Position numbers and translations under genes: made by a program. Positions 1 through 12,063 of a stretch of DNA of 64,000 nucleotides are shown here, in pieces (position 1 is the stretch's first letter; each line of letters begins with the position of its first letter). The stretch comes from Trypanosoma brucei (taxonomy: Eukaryota): the NCBI GenBank assembly GCA_000002445.1, contig CP000067.1, forward strand, positions 288,001 through 352,000. Reading direction: 5' to 3'. Under the pieces are notes generated by a model that searched no databases, was not told the DNA's origin, and saw only the letters and a program-made list of their open reading frames with translations.

Positions 1-134
1 TTCCCTCCCTCGTGCTCTCCCTCCCATTTCCTTACAGATCGAAGAACTACTGTGCCCAGCAATGAACAAAAAGAGAAAAAAGACTTTTTCAGACTACACT
101 CCTTTTTCCCAACTCCGGTTGAGTTTCAGTAGCA

Positions 135-1967
135 CTACTGCACGAGGGAAGCGAATGCGGTCATGATCTCCTCGTGTTGCTTCTTGTAGTACTTAACGTT
201 GGCTTCTTCTCCTTCCTGAGGGTCTCGGAACTTCATTTCCGTGAGACCAGTGTAGACATGAGGGATCTTTTCGCGAATGTAATTCCACGTGATCTTGTGC
301 TCGCCCGCAGACTCCGCTACAACTCGCTGACCCTCCTCGTAGAAGGTGACAATGTTGCGCAACATCCAGCATGTCTTATACGGTGGGCAGTACTTGTCAT
401 ACGGAGTGAAGGCATTCTGCTGAAGAAATTCCTCACGGATAACTTTCGCAGTCTCTAGAATTATCTTGTCAGACTCAGAAAGGGAGTCTTTGCCGACGAG
501 CTGAACAATTTCCTGCAGCTCCTCTTCGCGCTGCAAAATCTCAGCGGCAACTGAGCGCAGCCGCATGTAGTCGGGGTCGAGAGAATTGAAGAAGGGCTCC
601 AAAGCCTTGAGGTACTTGGAGTAAGAAATGAGCCAGTTCACGGACGGGAAGTGTTTGCGTTGAGCGAGTCGCTTCTCGAGTCCCCAGAAAACTTGCACGA
701 TACCAAGGGTGGCGGACGTTACGGGATCGGAGAAATCACCACCCGGTGGGGAAACGGCACCAACAATTGTTACAGACCCTTCACGCTTGGGCCCACCGAT
801 GCATGTCACACGGCCAGCACGCTCGTAGAAGGAGGCCAAACGGGCGCTGAGGTACGCGGGATAACCTCCATCTGCAGGCATTTCAGCAAGACGACCGGAA
901 ATCTCACGCAAAGCCTCAGCCCAGCGGGAGGTTGAATCGGCCATCATGGCGATGTGTTTTCCCATATCCCGATAATACTCAGCTAAGGTGATACCAGTGT
1001 AAATAGATGCCTCACGAGCAGCAACAGGCATATTGGAAGTATTTGCCACCAGGCATGTGCGCTTCATGATAGACTCCTCACGTCCATCAATAATGGTGGT
1101 GAGAGTGGGAAAGTCCATGAGCACCTCCGCCATCTCATTGCCACGCTCACCACAACCCACGTAAATAACAGCGTCACTGTTCGAGTACTTCGAGAGTGCC
1201 TGACTGATAACTGTCTTGCCACAGCCAAACGCACCGGGGATGGCACAGGTTCCGCCCTGCACGGATGGAAACAGGGCATCAAGCACGCGCTGACCAGTAA
1301 GAAGTGGGTGGTTTCCAGACTCCTTTGAAGCCACAGGCCTGGGGGTCCGCACCGGCCACCGGTGCATGAGCTTGAGCGACTTGACCTTCCCATTGTACTC
1401 CAACTCCACAATATCGTCCTCCAGTGTGTAGTTTCCAGAAGCCACAATGGAAGTGACCCTCCCTCGGATGTTTGGCGGGACCATTATACTGTGGTTGTAC
1501 ATCAGTGAGTTCTCCACGACCGAACCAATAATATCGCCACCGGAAATGAGGTCCCCAACCTTCAAGCATGGTTTAAAATCCCATTGTTTCTGGTCGTTGA
1601 GGGACTTCACCTGGACGCCCCTAGGAATGAAGACGTTCTCCACCATGCGGTAGATGGTATCGAGGGGGCGCTGAATCCCATCAAATATTTCTGACATGAT
1701 ACCCGGCCCAAGTTCAAGGGAGAGAGGCTTACCTGTACAGTAGACTGGATCTCCAACGGTTAGCCCGCCAGTTTCCTCGTACACTTGAATAGTGGCCGTA
1801 TCACCCTCTAGTCGAATGATTTCACCCACCAACCGAAATGAGCCCACCTGCACAAGTTCGTACATCGCGCTGCCGCCCATGTTCTCCGCAATAACGACAG
1901 GTCCGGAAACAGCCTTGACGGAACCCATCCGCTGCTCTGTTTTGTATGGGTTGCGGTCGCTCGACAT
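135..1967 (-). CDS. V-type proton ATPase catalytic subunit A
   Basis: 610 aa ORF. Walker A 'GAFGCGKT' and the highly conserved A-subunit signature run the full length (e.g. '[15 protein letters not shown]', '[16 protein letters not shown]'). + strand polypurine tracts at 2010-2300 supply the upstream trans-splice signal. Confidence 0.95.
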   Translation of the reverse strand: MSSDRNPYKTEQRMGSVKAVSGPVVIAENMGGSAMYELVQVGSFRLVGEIIRLEGDTATIQVYEETGGLTVGDPVYCTGKPLSLELGPGIMSEIFDGIQRPLDTIYRMVENVFIPRGVQVKSLNDQKQWDFKPCLKVGDLISGGDIIGSVVENSLMYNHSIMVPPNIRGRVTSIVASGNYTLEDDIVELEYNGKVKSLKLMHRWPVRTPRPVASKESGNHPLLTGQRVLDALFPSVQGGTCAIPGAFGCGKTVISQALSKYSNSDAVIYVGCGERGNEMAEVLMDFPTLTTIIDGREESIMKRTCLVANTSNMPVAAREASIYTGITLAEYYRDMGKHIAMMADSTSRWAEALREISGRLAEMPADGGYPAYLSARLASFYERAGRVTCIGGPKREGSVTIVGAVSPPGGDFSDPVTSATLGIVQVFWGLEKRLAQRKHFPSVNWLISYSKYLKALEPFFNSLDPDYMRLRSVAAEILQREEELQEIVQLVGKDSLSESDKIILETAKVIREEFLQQNAFTPYDKYCPPYKTCWMLRNIVTFYEEGQRVVAESAGEHKITWNYIREKIPHVYTGLTEMKFRDPQEGEEANVKYYKKQHEEIMTAFASLVQ

Positions 1968-2686
1968 CGTGTCTTCTCAACCTTACCGTGCACGAAGAAT
2001 TTGAATTTAAAAAAAAAGCAATTGGTGAAGGGGTGGCTCCACCTCAATTATGCCTTCAGTTGGCCTCTTCCCTTATTTTTCCTTCTGTTCCGTTTTGCTC
2101 GCCTTTCTCTGTTCTATTCTCAAACTGTATGAATAACTACCTGCTTTGAGTACCCGAAGGGTGCGAACTTAAATCCCTGAAAAGGTGCACCAACGTTGTC
2201 ACAAAGCGGGGCGTGACGACCGAGACAGGTCGTCAAAAAAAAAAAAAGAAGGGGAAAGAAAGTGAAAATAGGTGTAAAGAAGAGAAGCGAAGGAAAATAA
2301 AAGTTAGAAACATAAAATGGATAGCACCACCGCGTGTGGGCTCCAAAGTAATAAACACGAAAACAAGGTTGGGGATAGGCAAAATACAAAACACCACTTC
2401 ACGCAGCACCTACATCCGTGGAAGAAAGGGGGATAGGGAGTCTAGAAAACTTGTAAATATGCGCATACGCAAACAACAGTATCTCCGAGTCCTTAAGTAG
2501 GAAAAAAAAGGAAAAAAAGACTCTCCTCTCCCTTTTTACTTCAGAACTCAATCGGAACCGCAGTGCCAGAGCAACTTTAATAACTTTCTTGCGAGCGTGC
2601 ACAGTGGCCTCACAGAAGGGGGGGGGTTAATGGAAGTAAGAACTACACCCAACTATTCACTGCATTTTTATCGTTGCGCATGTTTC

Positions 2687-4591
2687 TTAGTCAGCTTTTA
2701 TGGAGTTGTAAATAGTTCTCACAAACACAGCCGATGCGACAAACCCCATCGTGCCCAAGAAAACGGCAATGAACACCGAAACCTCAAAGGTGTACACCAA
2801 AAAAAGGATCACAGAAAGTGGCTGACGAATTTCCAGCGCTCCGTAGAGATACACAACACTATAAAGAAAAAAGTACACGCCGCAGCTTCCGGATGTACAA
2901 AAGCTTCCCCACCACCACTCATAATCTTCCTCAGAAAGCATGGCATACGTCACCACAACCGCAACCTCCGCACAAACAGCGGAAATGATAAAGGACACAC
3001 CAAAAAGATAGCCAACATAGAGGAAGGGTTGACCCTTCCAGAAGGAACCCAAGACGCAAATGACCTCCATAAACGCTGCAGTGAAGGAAACAATACCGCC
3101 ACCCAAGATGAACATGTAGCGCCTCCTCACGCTTTGTTGGGAAATCGCACGCGGAATACTGCCCACTTTGGTCGGCAACACAAATGCAGACGCCCTAAAC
3201 CCAGCTGATAGGCCAATAAGCGATAATGGTACGGGGACCGCAACCCAGAGAAAGAAGAGAGTAAGAAGAACCGGCAGAGAGACAGCAGTGCTCCCGTGCT
3301 TTGACCAACTGATCATGTTCCCGGCAAGGTACCCCAACAACAGGGATAATGGAACCATAGTCACAGCGGCAATGCCGTTCTTCCATGTCCTGATTTGGAA
3401 AAACACCAGCATTTTCCCCGCCACATATCCGGAGACGCAGCTTGAACAACAGAAGAATATTATCAGATTTGTCAGCAGGTTACCGCTGTGCCAGGGTTGA
3501 TACTTTCTAACGGTCGATGAAATCACCGTCAGGACCACCACAGCCACCATCTGACATCCCGAAGAAACAAGCCCCGTCAGGACGAGGGGCCTCGACGGTG
3601 CTCTAAAGACATCGCCGCGTACAAGCTTCCATCCAGACTCTTCCTGAACGTCACCACTCACAAGCATATCGTTCTGCATAAGAAGGTCTCTACGAACAAT
3701 ACGCAACAAAACGATCATAACGAGCACACCCAGGAACCCGAGGAGAAGCATAGAATTGAACAGTGCTGTCAAGTGGGCTTTCTTCCGCTGGGCCCCTCCC
3801 AGACGCCAGTAGACGTCCCACCGTGTCACAAACACACCTTCACTACTATCCTGCTCCCATGTTACTGAATACGAATACGCCACGTTGGTGGCCCCTGTAG
3901 ATGCAGGATCGGGCCACTCGTCTACGGAGGCACCGTCCGGGGGGCACCCCGTGGGGCTGTTTAGTGTTTTTGGTTTCGCGTAGAATCCCGTCAACATATA
4001 TTCCCCGTTGGGAAGGACGGCGTAAGTTATGGTAAAATGGATATGGTTGTTTATCAAACACTTGTCACCGGCAGCCCCTTCCTCCTTCAACTTTTCGTCA
4101 CCCTTTACATGTACGCCAAGCCGGTACCCGAGTCGTAACTTCTCGGTCGTTCCTTTTTCAATCCTTTCCACAAGTGGTAGGCCAGCAAGAAACATATGAC
4201 CGCGGTAACTCTGAGTAATGAGATTATCAAGGTCCTTCTTGTCACCTTCGGTGTAACTGACAATACACAGAGGCTGGCAAGTTACGTTCCTCAGGACGTT
4301 AACGGAGTACAGCGAAGGCAAAACGTGGTTCCCGAGAAGAAGCTCCCCTAAGTTCTCCTTTCCGGATCCTTCCTTCAGAACATGTGCTGCAGGTTTGCAT
4401 GCTTTCATCTTATAGAAATCGTATGGCACCACACCTTTACTGGAGGTTAGAGAGTTCACCAAAACAGGGACCTCATCGCCCTCTTTGTACCCGATGGGTG
4501 CCGTAATCTTAAAAAACGAGCTTGAAGCCTCGTTCACAGAGAACACAAACAACACCAACACAAGCCGGTAAAAGTGAAACTTGTAGCCCAT
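2687..4591 (-). CDS. Transmembrane 9 superfamily (nonaspanin / EMP70) protein
   Basis: 634 aa: N-terminal signal peptide, a large luminal domain, then nine predicted TM helices. The C-terminal end '...IYNSIKAD' is characteristic of the TM9SF family. Confidence 0.85.
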   Translation of the reverse strand: MGYKFHFYRLVLVLFVFSVNEASSSFFKITAPIGYKEGDEVPVLVNSLTSSKGVVPYDFYKMKACKPAAHVLKEGSGKENLGELLLGNHVLPSLYSVNVLRNVTCQPLCIVSYTEGDKKDLDNLITQSYRGHMFLAGLPLVERIEKGTTEKLRLGYRLGVHVKGDEKLKEEGAAGDKCLINNHIHFTITYAVLPNGEYMLTGFYAKPKTLNSPTGCPPDGASVDEWPDPASTGATNVAYSYSVTWEQDSSEGVFVTRWDVYWRLGGAQRKKAHLTALFNSMLLLGFLGVLVMIVLLRIVRRDLLMQNDMLVSGDVQEESGWKLVRGDVFRAPSRPLVLTGLVSSGCQMVAVVVLTVISSTVRKYQPWHSGNLLTNLIIFFCCSSCVSGYVAGKMLVFFQIRTWKNGIAAVTMVPLSLLLGYLAGNMISWSKHGSTAVSLPVLLTLFFLWVAVPVPLSLIGLSAGFRASAFVLPTKVGSIPRAISQQSVRRRYMFILGGGIVSFTAAFMEVICVLGSFWKGQPFLYVGYLFGVSFIISAVCAEVAVVVTYAMLSEEDYEWWWGSFCTSGSCGVYFFLYSVVYLYGALEIRQPLSVILFLVYTFEVSVFIAVFLGTMGFVASAVFVRTIYNSIKAD

Positions 4592-5015
4592 TTCAACAAA
4601 CGGTTCTGTTGGTACTCTCCTCGGCTATGACGTATATATATATATATATTTATTTATATCTTTTACTTTGTTACGCTCCCCGCCTCTACGCTGCGTGGAT
4701 GAATTAGCCTCAGACCGTTTCTATCAACTGCTATTAAAAGGGAAAACTAGATAACCCTCGCTACTCAAAGGTCTTCATTGAAAGTGCCAACGCATACACA
4801 AAGAGCCGGAGAATATTGCAGAGGGCAAACGCGATTAAATCATGCAACTTCAGTAGGTCTGACAACATACAAGCCTTCAACCGCAACGGTGGCAGTCGTC
4901 CCCTCATCAGAGTAGTGAATCAAAAAAATTAATAAAAACCAAATAAAGTTAGAAATGAGCAAAACCGATGTACAGCAGCTTCAGCACATTGCGGGACAGC
5001 TCCCATGCCACAGAC

Positions 5016-5495
5016 TCAATATGGAATCATTGCCTCGTAGTCTGCCGTGCGGCGCGCCAGCACCTCTACTTTCTTGGGGCAAACAAATCCGCCGTTGCGG
5101 TTGCTCACCTTTTTGGGTGGAAGTGGGGTTCCCGCCTTCTTAGCAGCCCGAAATGCTTCAAGGTCCTTTAGCTTCTGCTTGAATGCCTCCTGGCAGCGAG
5201 ACTTACGCACGTGCTCAAAACGCACACAGATGCGCTTGCGAACTGTACGGTTCCTCACCGGTTTGTTGATAATGACACCAACACCACGCGGTGTCACATT
5301 CCATACAATGCCGGTTCGGCCGTGGTAATACTTGTGAGGCATTCCAGCACGTACAGCAGCGTCCGCTACGACGTCAACGTAGTCACCGACCTTGAAATTG
5401 GTCAGTATCGTACTGACAGAAGGAACCCCGTGCTTGCGAAACTTCTTAGCGAAGAGGTGGCGGGTGCCACATTTGTACCCGTGGGAGTGAACCAT
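5016..5495 (-). CDS. RPL21: 60S ribosomal protein L21e
   Basis: 159 aa; 'MVHSHGYKCGTRHLFAKKFRKHG...GDYVDV...HKYYHGRTG' is the classic L21e N-terminus. Confidence 0.93.
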   Translation of the reverse strand: MVHSHGYKCGTRHLFAKKFRKHGVPSVSTILTNFKVGDYVDVVADAAVRAGMPHKYYHGRTGIVWNVTPRGVGVIINKPVRNRTVRKRICVRFEHVRKSRCQEAFKQKLKDLEAFRAAKKAGTPLPPKKVSNRNGGFVCPKKVEVLARRTADYEAMIPY

Positions 5496-6224
5496 CGCCT
5501 GCTAAACCTAGAGCGGCACATAAACAGAAGCGTGAAGCGAAGAGGTAATTAAAGTGAAAAATGGAAATATGTAAAAACAGCGGGCACGCGGTAAAGCGCA
5601 GCCCGAATAGCCAACATTACCCCTTGCAACGAGGGCCGGAATGGCATGCACCAAGAGGATTAGTCCACCACGACAACGCAATACATCGTGCACAAAATGA
5701 CCCAAGTTTTTGTTCTTCGCCACAGATTTCAACCCCTTTCCCTCTATCTCTCCCCTTCATAACCCACACTGTCCCCTCTTGTCCCCACACACACACACCC
5801 GACGTATTTGCTACAAGTTAAGCAAACTCTCAAACACGGTATATGGGTGGAGAAGAGAAAAAGGGACGGGAAACTGTTTAGCTGCAGCGACTTCGCCACG
5901 ATGAGGTGACTCTGCAGTAGTCCAGCAATAGGGAACAAACATGGTCACTTTCTCTGCTACGGCGGACACCTAGAAAAAAATCAACTGAGTTATCGTTCAC
6001 CAACTATGAAAAACCTTTTCAATTTATTTTGTCCTGCGCCCAACATCTTTGACAATGCAATATAGCAACAGCGAGTATACACCTCTTCACGTTTTGAACT
6101 ATCCGAGACACACTCGTGAGTAGTGTTTTACCCTCATCCCTCTCTTCTGTTGATTTCGACGGCAAAGAGAGGAGAAGGGGGTCAGTGTGCCCACCAAAGA
6201 ACAGTATCGACAGTACCCCGCGTA

Positions 6225-7604
6225 CTACGAGGCTGAGGAGCATGCAAGCAAGAACAATGAATAATACGCGAAAAGCGGCATTGCAGCTACGGCAGGCAAT
6301 TTCTCTGTTGCCGAATCTGCTTTCCCCCCGCGCGACCCCTCCGTGCACGACTTTATGTCCTCCCACTTTACCCTTGTCATGGTACACGATATAAGATTCC
6401 GGCACCACGTGTTGCAGGTACCCTTGGGAAACAGTTTACCACTTGCCTTGCCGCCGCCGCTCCGTAACCGGATCCAGCGCCTCCATAGGAAGCTGTTGAC
6501 TCGAAATTTTGTAGCGAACGCGGTGAGCGCCTCTGTACTAGATAAATTCCCGACGGTTGACTCTACGTCCGGCGCCCTCCTCCACGTCGTTTTATCCAAG
6601 TAGTGATGGCGAAGGCTCTTCAGCTTCATAGTCACGTCATCAAGCTCTGCAATGAAGTAAGATGGAACATTCCCATACAAAGGCGTCAGTGACGGGATTG
6701 TAAAAGACATTATGTCAGGTCCAGCCACCTGGTATAAAAAGTGGTGAATGTGTCCGAAAATTTGCGACACCACGACACTCGCATGTTTCGCCACCAGTGC
6801 GTGGTAGCGCTCCTGAAACGAGGGTTTCCAATACATATCCTTTTCAACGGAACCGAAGGCCCCCCTGCTGAGCACGCCCCAAACGTCGATGTATGGTGGC
6901 ACGTGACTTATGATTATTACCTTCGCATTCTCCTTTTTCGCGTCTTCCAAGCTGGACTCAAGGAACTTCATCTGGTGGCATGGATCAACAACAGTGTCCG
7001 GAATAGGAACTTTGTTACAAAAACACCAGAGGACAGTGTTGAGCACAATGATCCGTAGGCGAGGTGAAACAACACGCTGATAGTACCCACATTCCCGGAA
7101 ACTTTTCCTTTGGCCCTCAGCCAAAAGGCCATTTTCCACCAATATTTCTTCCTGTTTCAGGGTGAAACTCTCCTGCTTAAATGCATCAAAGTGGTAGTTT
7201 GGCACCATATCGTTGTTTCCGAGGGAGACCGCCACACCCAGTCCGAACTCCCCTGTCTCGCCCGATTGTACAGTTTTAACCGCGGCCCGCACAATAAAGC
7301 CGAACGTGTCATTAATAGAAAACCCGCTTTTGCTGAATTTGTGTCGCTGAGCATCACCGTTGACAATAACAACATGAGGTGCTTGAGCCTCCATGTCCTG
7401 TTGAAATGATGTAATGAGTGCTTTTGGGGCATCGCAGCCCATCCGACCGTACTTGGGTGCGGGTTTGTGGCAAGAGTCGTATGCCTTAGACGTACCGTAC
7501 CCAGGGTCGTAGTGCGGATCTGATACCAACCCCACTCTCAAGGCACTACCGCCGCAAAGCGAAACAGCGGCGAAGACTAGAAGTAGTGGAAGGGCATCCA
7601 GCAT
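6225..7604 (-). CDS. Calcineurin-like metallophosphoesterase, acid-sphingomyelinase-like phosphodiesterase (secreted/GPI-type)
   Basis: 459 aa: signal peptide plus metallophosphatase motifs 'SDPHYD', 'GDAQRH', 'GNND', 'SHVPP', 'GHIHH', and a hydrophobic C-terminus that looks like a GPI signal or TM. First of a tandem pair. Confidence 0.75.
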   Translation of the reverse strand: MLDALPLLLVFAAVSLCGGSALRVGLVSDPHYDPGYGTSKAYDSCHKPAPKYGRMGCDAPKALITSFQQDMEAQAPHVVIVNGDAQRHKFSKSGFSINDTFGFIVRAAVKTVQSGETGEFGLGVAVSLGNNDMVPNYHFDAFKQESFTLKQEEILVENGLLAEGQRKSFRECGYYQRVVSPRLRIIVLNTVLWCFCNKVPIPDTVVDPCHQMKFLESSLEDAKKENAKVIIISHVPPYIDVWGVLSRGAFGSVEKDMYWKPSFQERYHALVAKHASVVVSQIFGHIHHFLYQVAGPDIMSFTIPSLTPLYGNVPSYFIAELDDVTMKLKSLRHHYLDKTTWRRAPDVESTVGNLSSTEALTAFATKFRVNSFLWRRWIRLRSGGGKASGKLFPKGTCNTWCRNLISCTMTRVKWEDIKSCTEGSRGGKADSATEKLPAVAAMPLFAYYSLFLLACSSAS

Positions 7605-8343
7605 TTACTTTCTCACGTTACCTCGTCTTTTGATATGGTCTCTACGTATTTACCCTCTCTGATGATGTGGTTGAAACGTTCCAATCGCTATGCTCCAACG
7701 AAACGGAATGGAAAGAAGTGAGAAAAGATACGGAAGGCAAATGTTAAAGGGAACAAACATCAGGATAAAACTGACGACGAGCATATACACAAGACAGCCG
7801 CCAGTAACAGGCTCCGAAAGCATGCAGACCGTTGGTACGCACGCCACAGTTATTCTATATCACCTCCGCACGTTAAAAGTTCGCTCGACATCCACAGAAA
7901 CAAAGTAAGAGAAAAATAAAGAGAAGCGAGGATGGGAAAAAAATCAAAAAAAAAACTAAAGAGCCATGTACAAATGTCGCACCATGCTTCGATGCGGTAG
8001 TGACAAGTGGTACCCTGCTCTTTTGCACCCCCATTGTCGTTGCTGACTTTTGTTCCAACATCCGCCAGGTCTGCATCGGGCCTTCGGCAAAAATATCATG
8101 AGCTTCCGCACGAAACCCAGAATCAGCGTGTCTTTTGGCAAGGCAACTGCGGTCCCAAAGTAACTGTAGTGACATATCAAGACGAATAAACTACGTCAGA
8201 GAGTCAGAAAAGATGGCAAAAATGGGGTTGGAGATCGTCGAGTAAATATTCCGGGACTGATCTCCTTGTGTACGTCAAAGGACCGTCTCGGAGCGCAAAC
8301 TATCCAACACGAGGGGATACCTCCCCATTCTTTTTTCCTCAAC

Positions 8344-9876
8344 TCAATTGTAAACCTTTTGTGCGCGGGTTGAAAACAGCCGTTGCGTAACCTCACGTTC
8401 TGCCCCCGGAGGAGGGGAAAAAATAATCCGCCTGCTTCCAAAACCGTACGTCAGGGCCGCAACTAACGCCAAGCCGCCACTGCATGCGGAAATTATTGAC
8501 AGCCAAACCCCGAGGCTTCGAGACGGCAATACAGACGTAGTGCAGTAGTCAATGTCCGTCTTCTCGTAATATACCGAAGCACATATAATAAGGTGGCGGC
8601 ACCAAAAACCACAATGCTCCTTTTCAGTTAGATAGCGACCACCAGCCCGCATCCTTGAAAAAGGTTCCCAATGTGCCTCACTTTGCGCAATGGTTAGATA
8701 ATCCTCCACAGAGTATTCATTCATCCCCCTGAGCGAAACGTGGAGAATGTCTTCCAATTTGTCTCCATAAACCCATGAACCGTTCTCTACCAGATATCGC
8801 TGCTGCAACGAAACCACCCGCCCAGTGTTACTGTCGAGCGTAGCCCGTATGTAGGATGGATTGCTTCCCGCAACCGGGGAAACCGATGGAATTATGTACA
8901 TCGGAGGACCCAGCTTAGATGATGCTACAAATCCCAGTGTACCAGTATGAAAAAACTGCGCTGCGACGGTGAAGCGGTTACTGCCAATGATGCGAAGATA
9001 GGCCTCCCGAAAGTCGTTGCGCCAATAGTAGGTTGCATCTCCAACACTTTTCATACGTACCGCCTCCTCAACATTGAGTATGGGAGGTTCGTTACCCAAT
9101 ATTATAACACTGCGGTCCCGCTGCTTTGCCCATTCAATGGATGCCTGAAGGAATGGAAATTGCCCACACGGATCAACATCCCCAACGCTAAGAGGTGGTC
9201 TCAATGAGTTTGACCACAGTAATGTGTTGAGGACAATTACTCGAATCTTTGTTCCGGCTACATCACGATAGTAAAAGCCACAGTAAGACATGTGTGAATG
9301 TTCCTCTCTTGTAAGCAGACCTTCGCTTAACATAAGACGCAACAGTTGTACGTACTGGGGTTGGGCACTAATGGGGCTGAAACTGTTAGCAGGGGAAAGG
9401 TCATTACCTCCCAGTGCCAAAACTGTTGGTTGTGATGCAGCATCCTGCGTGCCGTTTACCCCTGATGCAGAGGCAATCACACCTATCACCTCCTTCATTG
9501 TGTACTCCATTTCCGCGGGGGTAACCGTTTCCATGCTGTGGCGCATAAGACCACCAGAAAAGAGAGTGAAAGTCCCCTCCCATTTTGCTACGTCATCCAT
9601 AACGGACTGAACGAGCTTCAGTGGAGATTCACAGCCCGGGGTGACGAGTGACGCCTGCCCTTGGTTGCAAGGTCCGTACCCACCGGGTCGGCCATAGAGT
9701 ATATCGTAATTAAAGTCACCAAGTAAGGAAACAGTCAACTTCGGCAGCGTATCACGACCCAACACGCTGGTAGCGGAGGCTCTGAGCACTAATTGATGTA
9801 GTAAATCGGGCGCAATGGTCAGCGCACATACACTAAGGAAAATAACAAAGAGCGTGCAACACCTCTCCATGGTCAC
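8344..9876 (-). CDS. Paralogous acid-sphingomyelinase-like metallophosphoesterase, motif-degenerate (probable pseudo-enzyme)
   Basis: 510 aa with the same architecture as 6225-7604 (signal peptide, 'VIVLNT(L/V)LW' and 'DPC(G/H)Q' blocks). The metal-ligand motifs are substituted: 'GDFNYD', 'SGGLMRH', 'GGND', 'GNEPP', 'FFHTG'. It ends in a TM helix plus a short tail rather than a GPI signal. Confidence 0.7.
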   Translation of the reverse strand: MTMERCCTLFVIFLSVCALTIAPDLLHQLVLRASATSVLGRDTLPKLTVSLLGDFNYDILYGRPGGYGPCNQGQASLVTPGCESPLKLVQSVMDDVAKWEGTFTLFSGGLMRHSMETVTPAEMEYTMKEVIGVIASASGVNGTQDAASQPTVLALGGNDLSPANSFSPISAQPQYVQLLRLMLSEGLLTREEHSHMSYCGFYYRDVAGTKIRVIVLNTLLWSNSLRPPLSVGDVDPCGQFPFLQASIEWAKQRDRSVIILGNEPPILNVEEAVRMKSVGDATYYWRNDFREAYLRIIGSNRFTVAAQFFHTGTLGFVASSKLGPPMYIIPSVSPVAGSNPSYIRATLDSNTGRVVSLQQRYLVENGSWVYGDKLEDILHVSLRGMNEYSVEDYLTIAQSEAHWEPFSRMRAGGRYLTEKEHCGFWCRHLIICASVYYEKTDIDYCTTSVLPSRSLGVWLSIISACSGGLALVAALTYGFGSRRIIFSPPPGAEREVTQRLFSTRAQKVYN

Positions 9877-10828
9877 CTACAACACGATACCTGACCTTTT
9901 CTTTACGTACTTTCCTACCACTGTCCACCACCAAAGGGCAGCACCGAGAGGACGGCGAAACTCAAGAAAAAGAAGAGCATTGGGAGGTACACAAAAACAG
10001 CGGCATGGGAAGGAACTCAACTGTTATGAGAGCAAAGCTAAAGAGTCGGGAGTACTGCCACCCACATTTGGGAACCGCGCCAGTACTCCACACCAACTGC
10101 CACGAGTGTGCAACGAATTCAAAACGACGAATAAAAAGTGGCTTTGTCTACGAGGCAAAAGAGTCGTTACGAAAATGACTCCAAACGTACCAAAGTCCCA
10201 CTCAGCAGCAGTACTACATAGGGGGGAGTGCGTGGAAGTAACTCAAAAAGCTGCAACCTTCCACTCACGCGAGCCAAGCTACAAAATGAGCACTTCCGAT
10301 TTTACACTGGGTCGCACAAAAGACCTAAAATGGTGCCCCAAAGTCATCGAGATAATCGGCTACAGCGTGAACAAGCACGCATCCCGAAGTGCGCCGATAT
10401 CCGGCACATGCCCTCGTCTACCCAGATCCTTCGCTTTTGCCACGTCGATGTGCAGTGGCATGCCACCAACAGTTCCCACACGAATGTGCACCGACCAAGA
10501 CTGCACCAATCAGGTCGCACCCTGGGTAAATAACCGACGCTAGGCCCACACGAAAACACACGCATACACGTGTAACAGCAAAGAACGTTAGGTAAGCATA
10601 CACTGTGGCGGGAAGAGAAATAGGGAAAGGCAGGCACGCGCTACCGTTGCATAAGCCGGATAATAAGCTTATCTCCTTTTCAGTGAATATAAGTGGCAAA
10701 AAAGCTTGTTACAACATGTGACTAAAAAGAGCAATTAAACAGCGATAAAAACAATGCGCAACGCGGTGGTGAAATGTAAGCGTACATGAATCCGGGGATC
10801 GCAGAAGCACCGAAGGTGGTCCCCAAAA

Positions 10829-11326
10829 TCATTTACTAAAGTCCTCAGCGTCAGCCCCCATCTCACCCTCCAACAACTCGTTGGAGTTGTCCACGCCGCC
10901 CATCACGCCGTAGTTCGCGCTTCCCTCTGAAATCCTCCCAGTCCGTGGGTTCACTGGATGGTCATACATAGAATCGAGGTCCGCCGCGTAGGGCACGCCA
11001 CTTTCCTGCAAGGATCCCTGCATTTTGTGAACGGGTCGGGGGTATGGAATGCGATAATGCACTCCAAGCTCGTAGCGCATTTCCGCCTCACGCAGCTTCC
11101 GCTGTATCATTTCCACGTCGGTAAGTCGAGCATTTTGACGAAACAGCCGCCTTGACTCCTCCATCACATACAACGCATCGTCGTCCGTCTCCCATGGTAC
11201 CGTGAAAGCCGCTTTAAGAAACTTTCGGTACCAGGAAAGAGCCTGTGAGCGATACGGGTTGTTGCACAGTACGGCCCCTGCAGCCTCATACGGCATCCCT
11301 AAAACACACGGTGTCTTGCTATACAT
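10829..11326 (-). CDS. LYR-motif (Complex1_LYR family) protein, probably mitochondrial
   Basis: 165 aa; N-terminal 'SWYRKFLKAAF...' matches the L-Y-R/K...F pattern of the LYR family. Acidic C-terminus. Confidence 0.5.
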   Translation of the reverse strand: MYSKTPCVLGMPYEAAGAVLCNNPYRSQALSWYRKFLKAAFTVPWETDDDALYVMEESRRLFRQNARLTDVEMIQRKLREAEMRYELGVHYRIPYPRPVHKMQGSLQESGVPYAADLDSMYDHPVNPRTGRISEGSANYGVMGGVDNSNELLEGEMGADAEDFSK

Positions 11327-12026
11327 CCACTTCCCCCCCCTCCTCTATGTGTACGGTCACCGCCCCAATCAAAATGAGCGGGGAAACCCCGTTAAATTTA
11401 GGAGCAAAGGAAAGTCGCAGAGGGAGTGGACCAACAAGTTACCAGATTAATAATAAAGAGGAGGTGGGTGCTCATTCCTACCGCAATAGAAAAGATCCAA
11501 AGTGGTGGACTCGGGGATGATTAGCAAAGAAGTAGGGATCCATTGGATTGAAAACGCTCGGTTAGTTCACTCCGTACACGCACACCTCAGCTACTTCATT
11601 CAGCACACGTGCGCTTGTTCGTAACAGCAGCATGACAAATGCACGGACAAACGTCGACAGCGGAGAAACACAATCTTATCTTCTCTTGATTCTCCGTTTA
11701 AAAGGCGGGGAAGCTCACCATTTTCTGTGTTGCCTCTTTACCCTCGGAGTGTCATAATGTATTTCAAATGATTGTCACGCAACAACGGGCGTCTCCCCCG
11801 TTATTCTGCTACCTCTTCCCACCAAAGAGAATTGGGTTGGGATCGCTAAACACAACAACAGCCTCGTACCAAACTAACTCTGGAGGCCAATCAGAGATGA
11901 CGACTGCTCTAACGAGGGGTAACGTTGCGATCGACACAACGGTAGATTAAACGATCAATGCGCACGAGAGTCAGCCCTTTGACTAGCTCGCACCACATGT
12001 CGTGGTGCCCACCCACGTAGTAAACA

Positions 12027-12060
<34 letters not shown>
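12027..12060. repeat. (AC)17 microsatellite
   Basis: A perfect dinucleotide run is visible in the sequence. Confidence 0.95.

Positions 12061-12063
<3 letters not shown>

Noticed and set aside
2597-3208. 203-aa + strand ORF
   Set aside because: It lies entirely antisense within the well-supported TM9SF gene, and its composition is basic and low-complexity.
6019-6408. 129-aa minus-strand ORF overlapping the 3' end of the 6225-7604 gene
   Set aside because: It is an alternative frame overlapping the C-terminal GPI-signal region of a well-supported gene, with no independent support.
9815-10543. 242-aa + strand ORF between the metallophosphoesterase and LYR genes
   Set aside because: It is antisense to the transcription unit, Arg/Ser/Thr-rich, has no motif, and overlaps the 5' end of the 8344-9876 gene.
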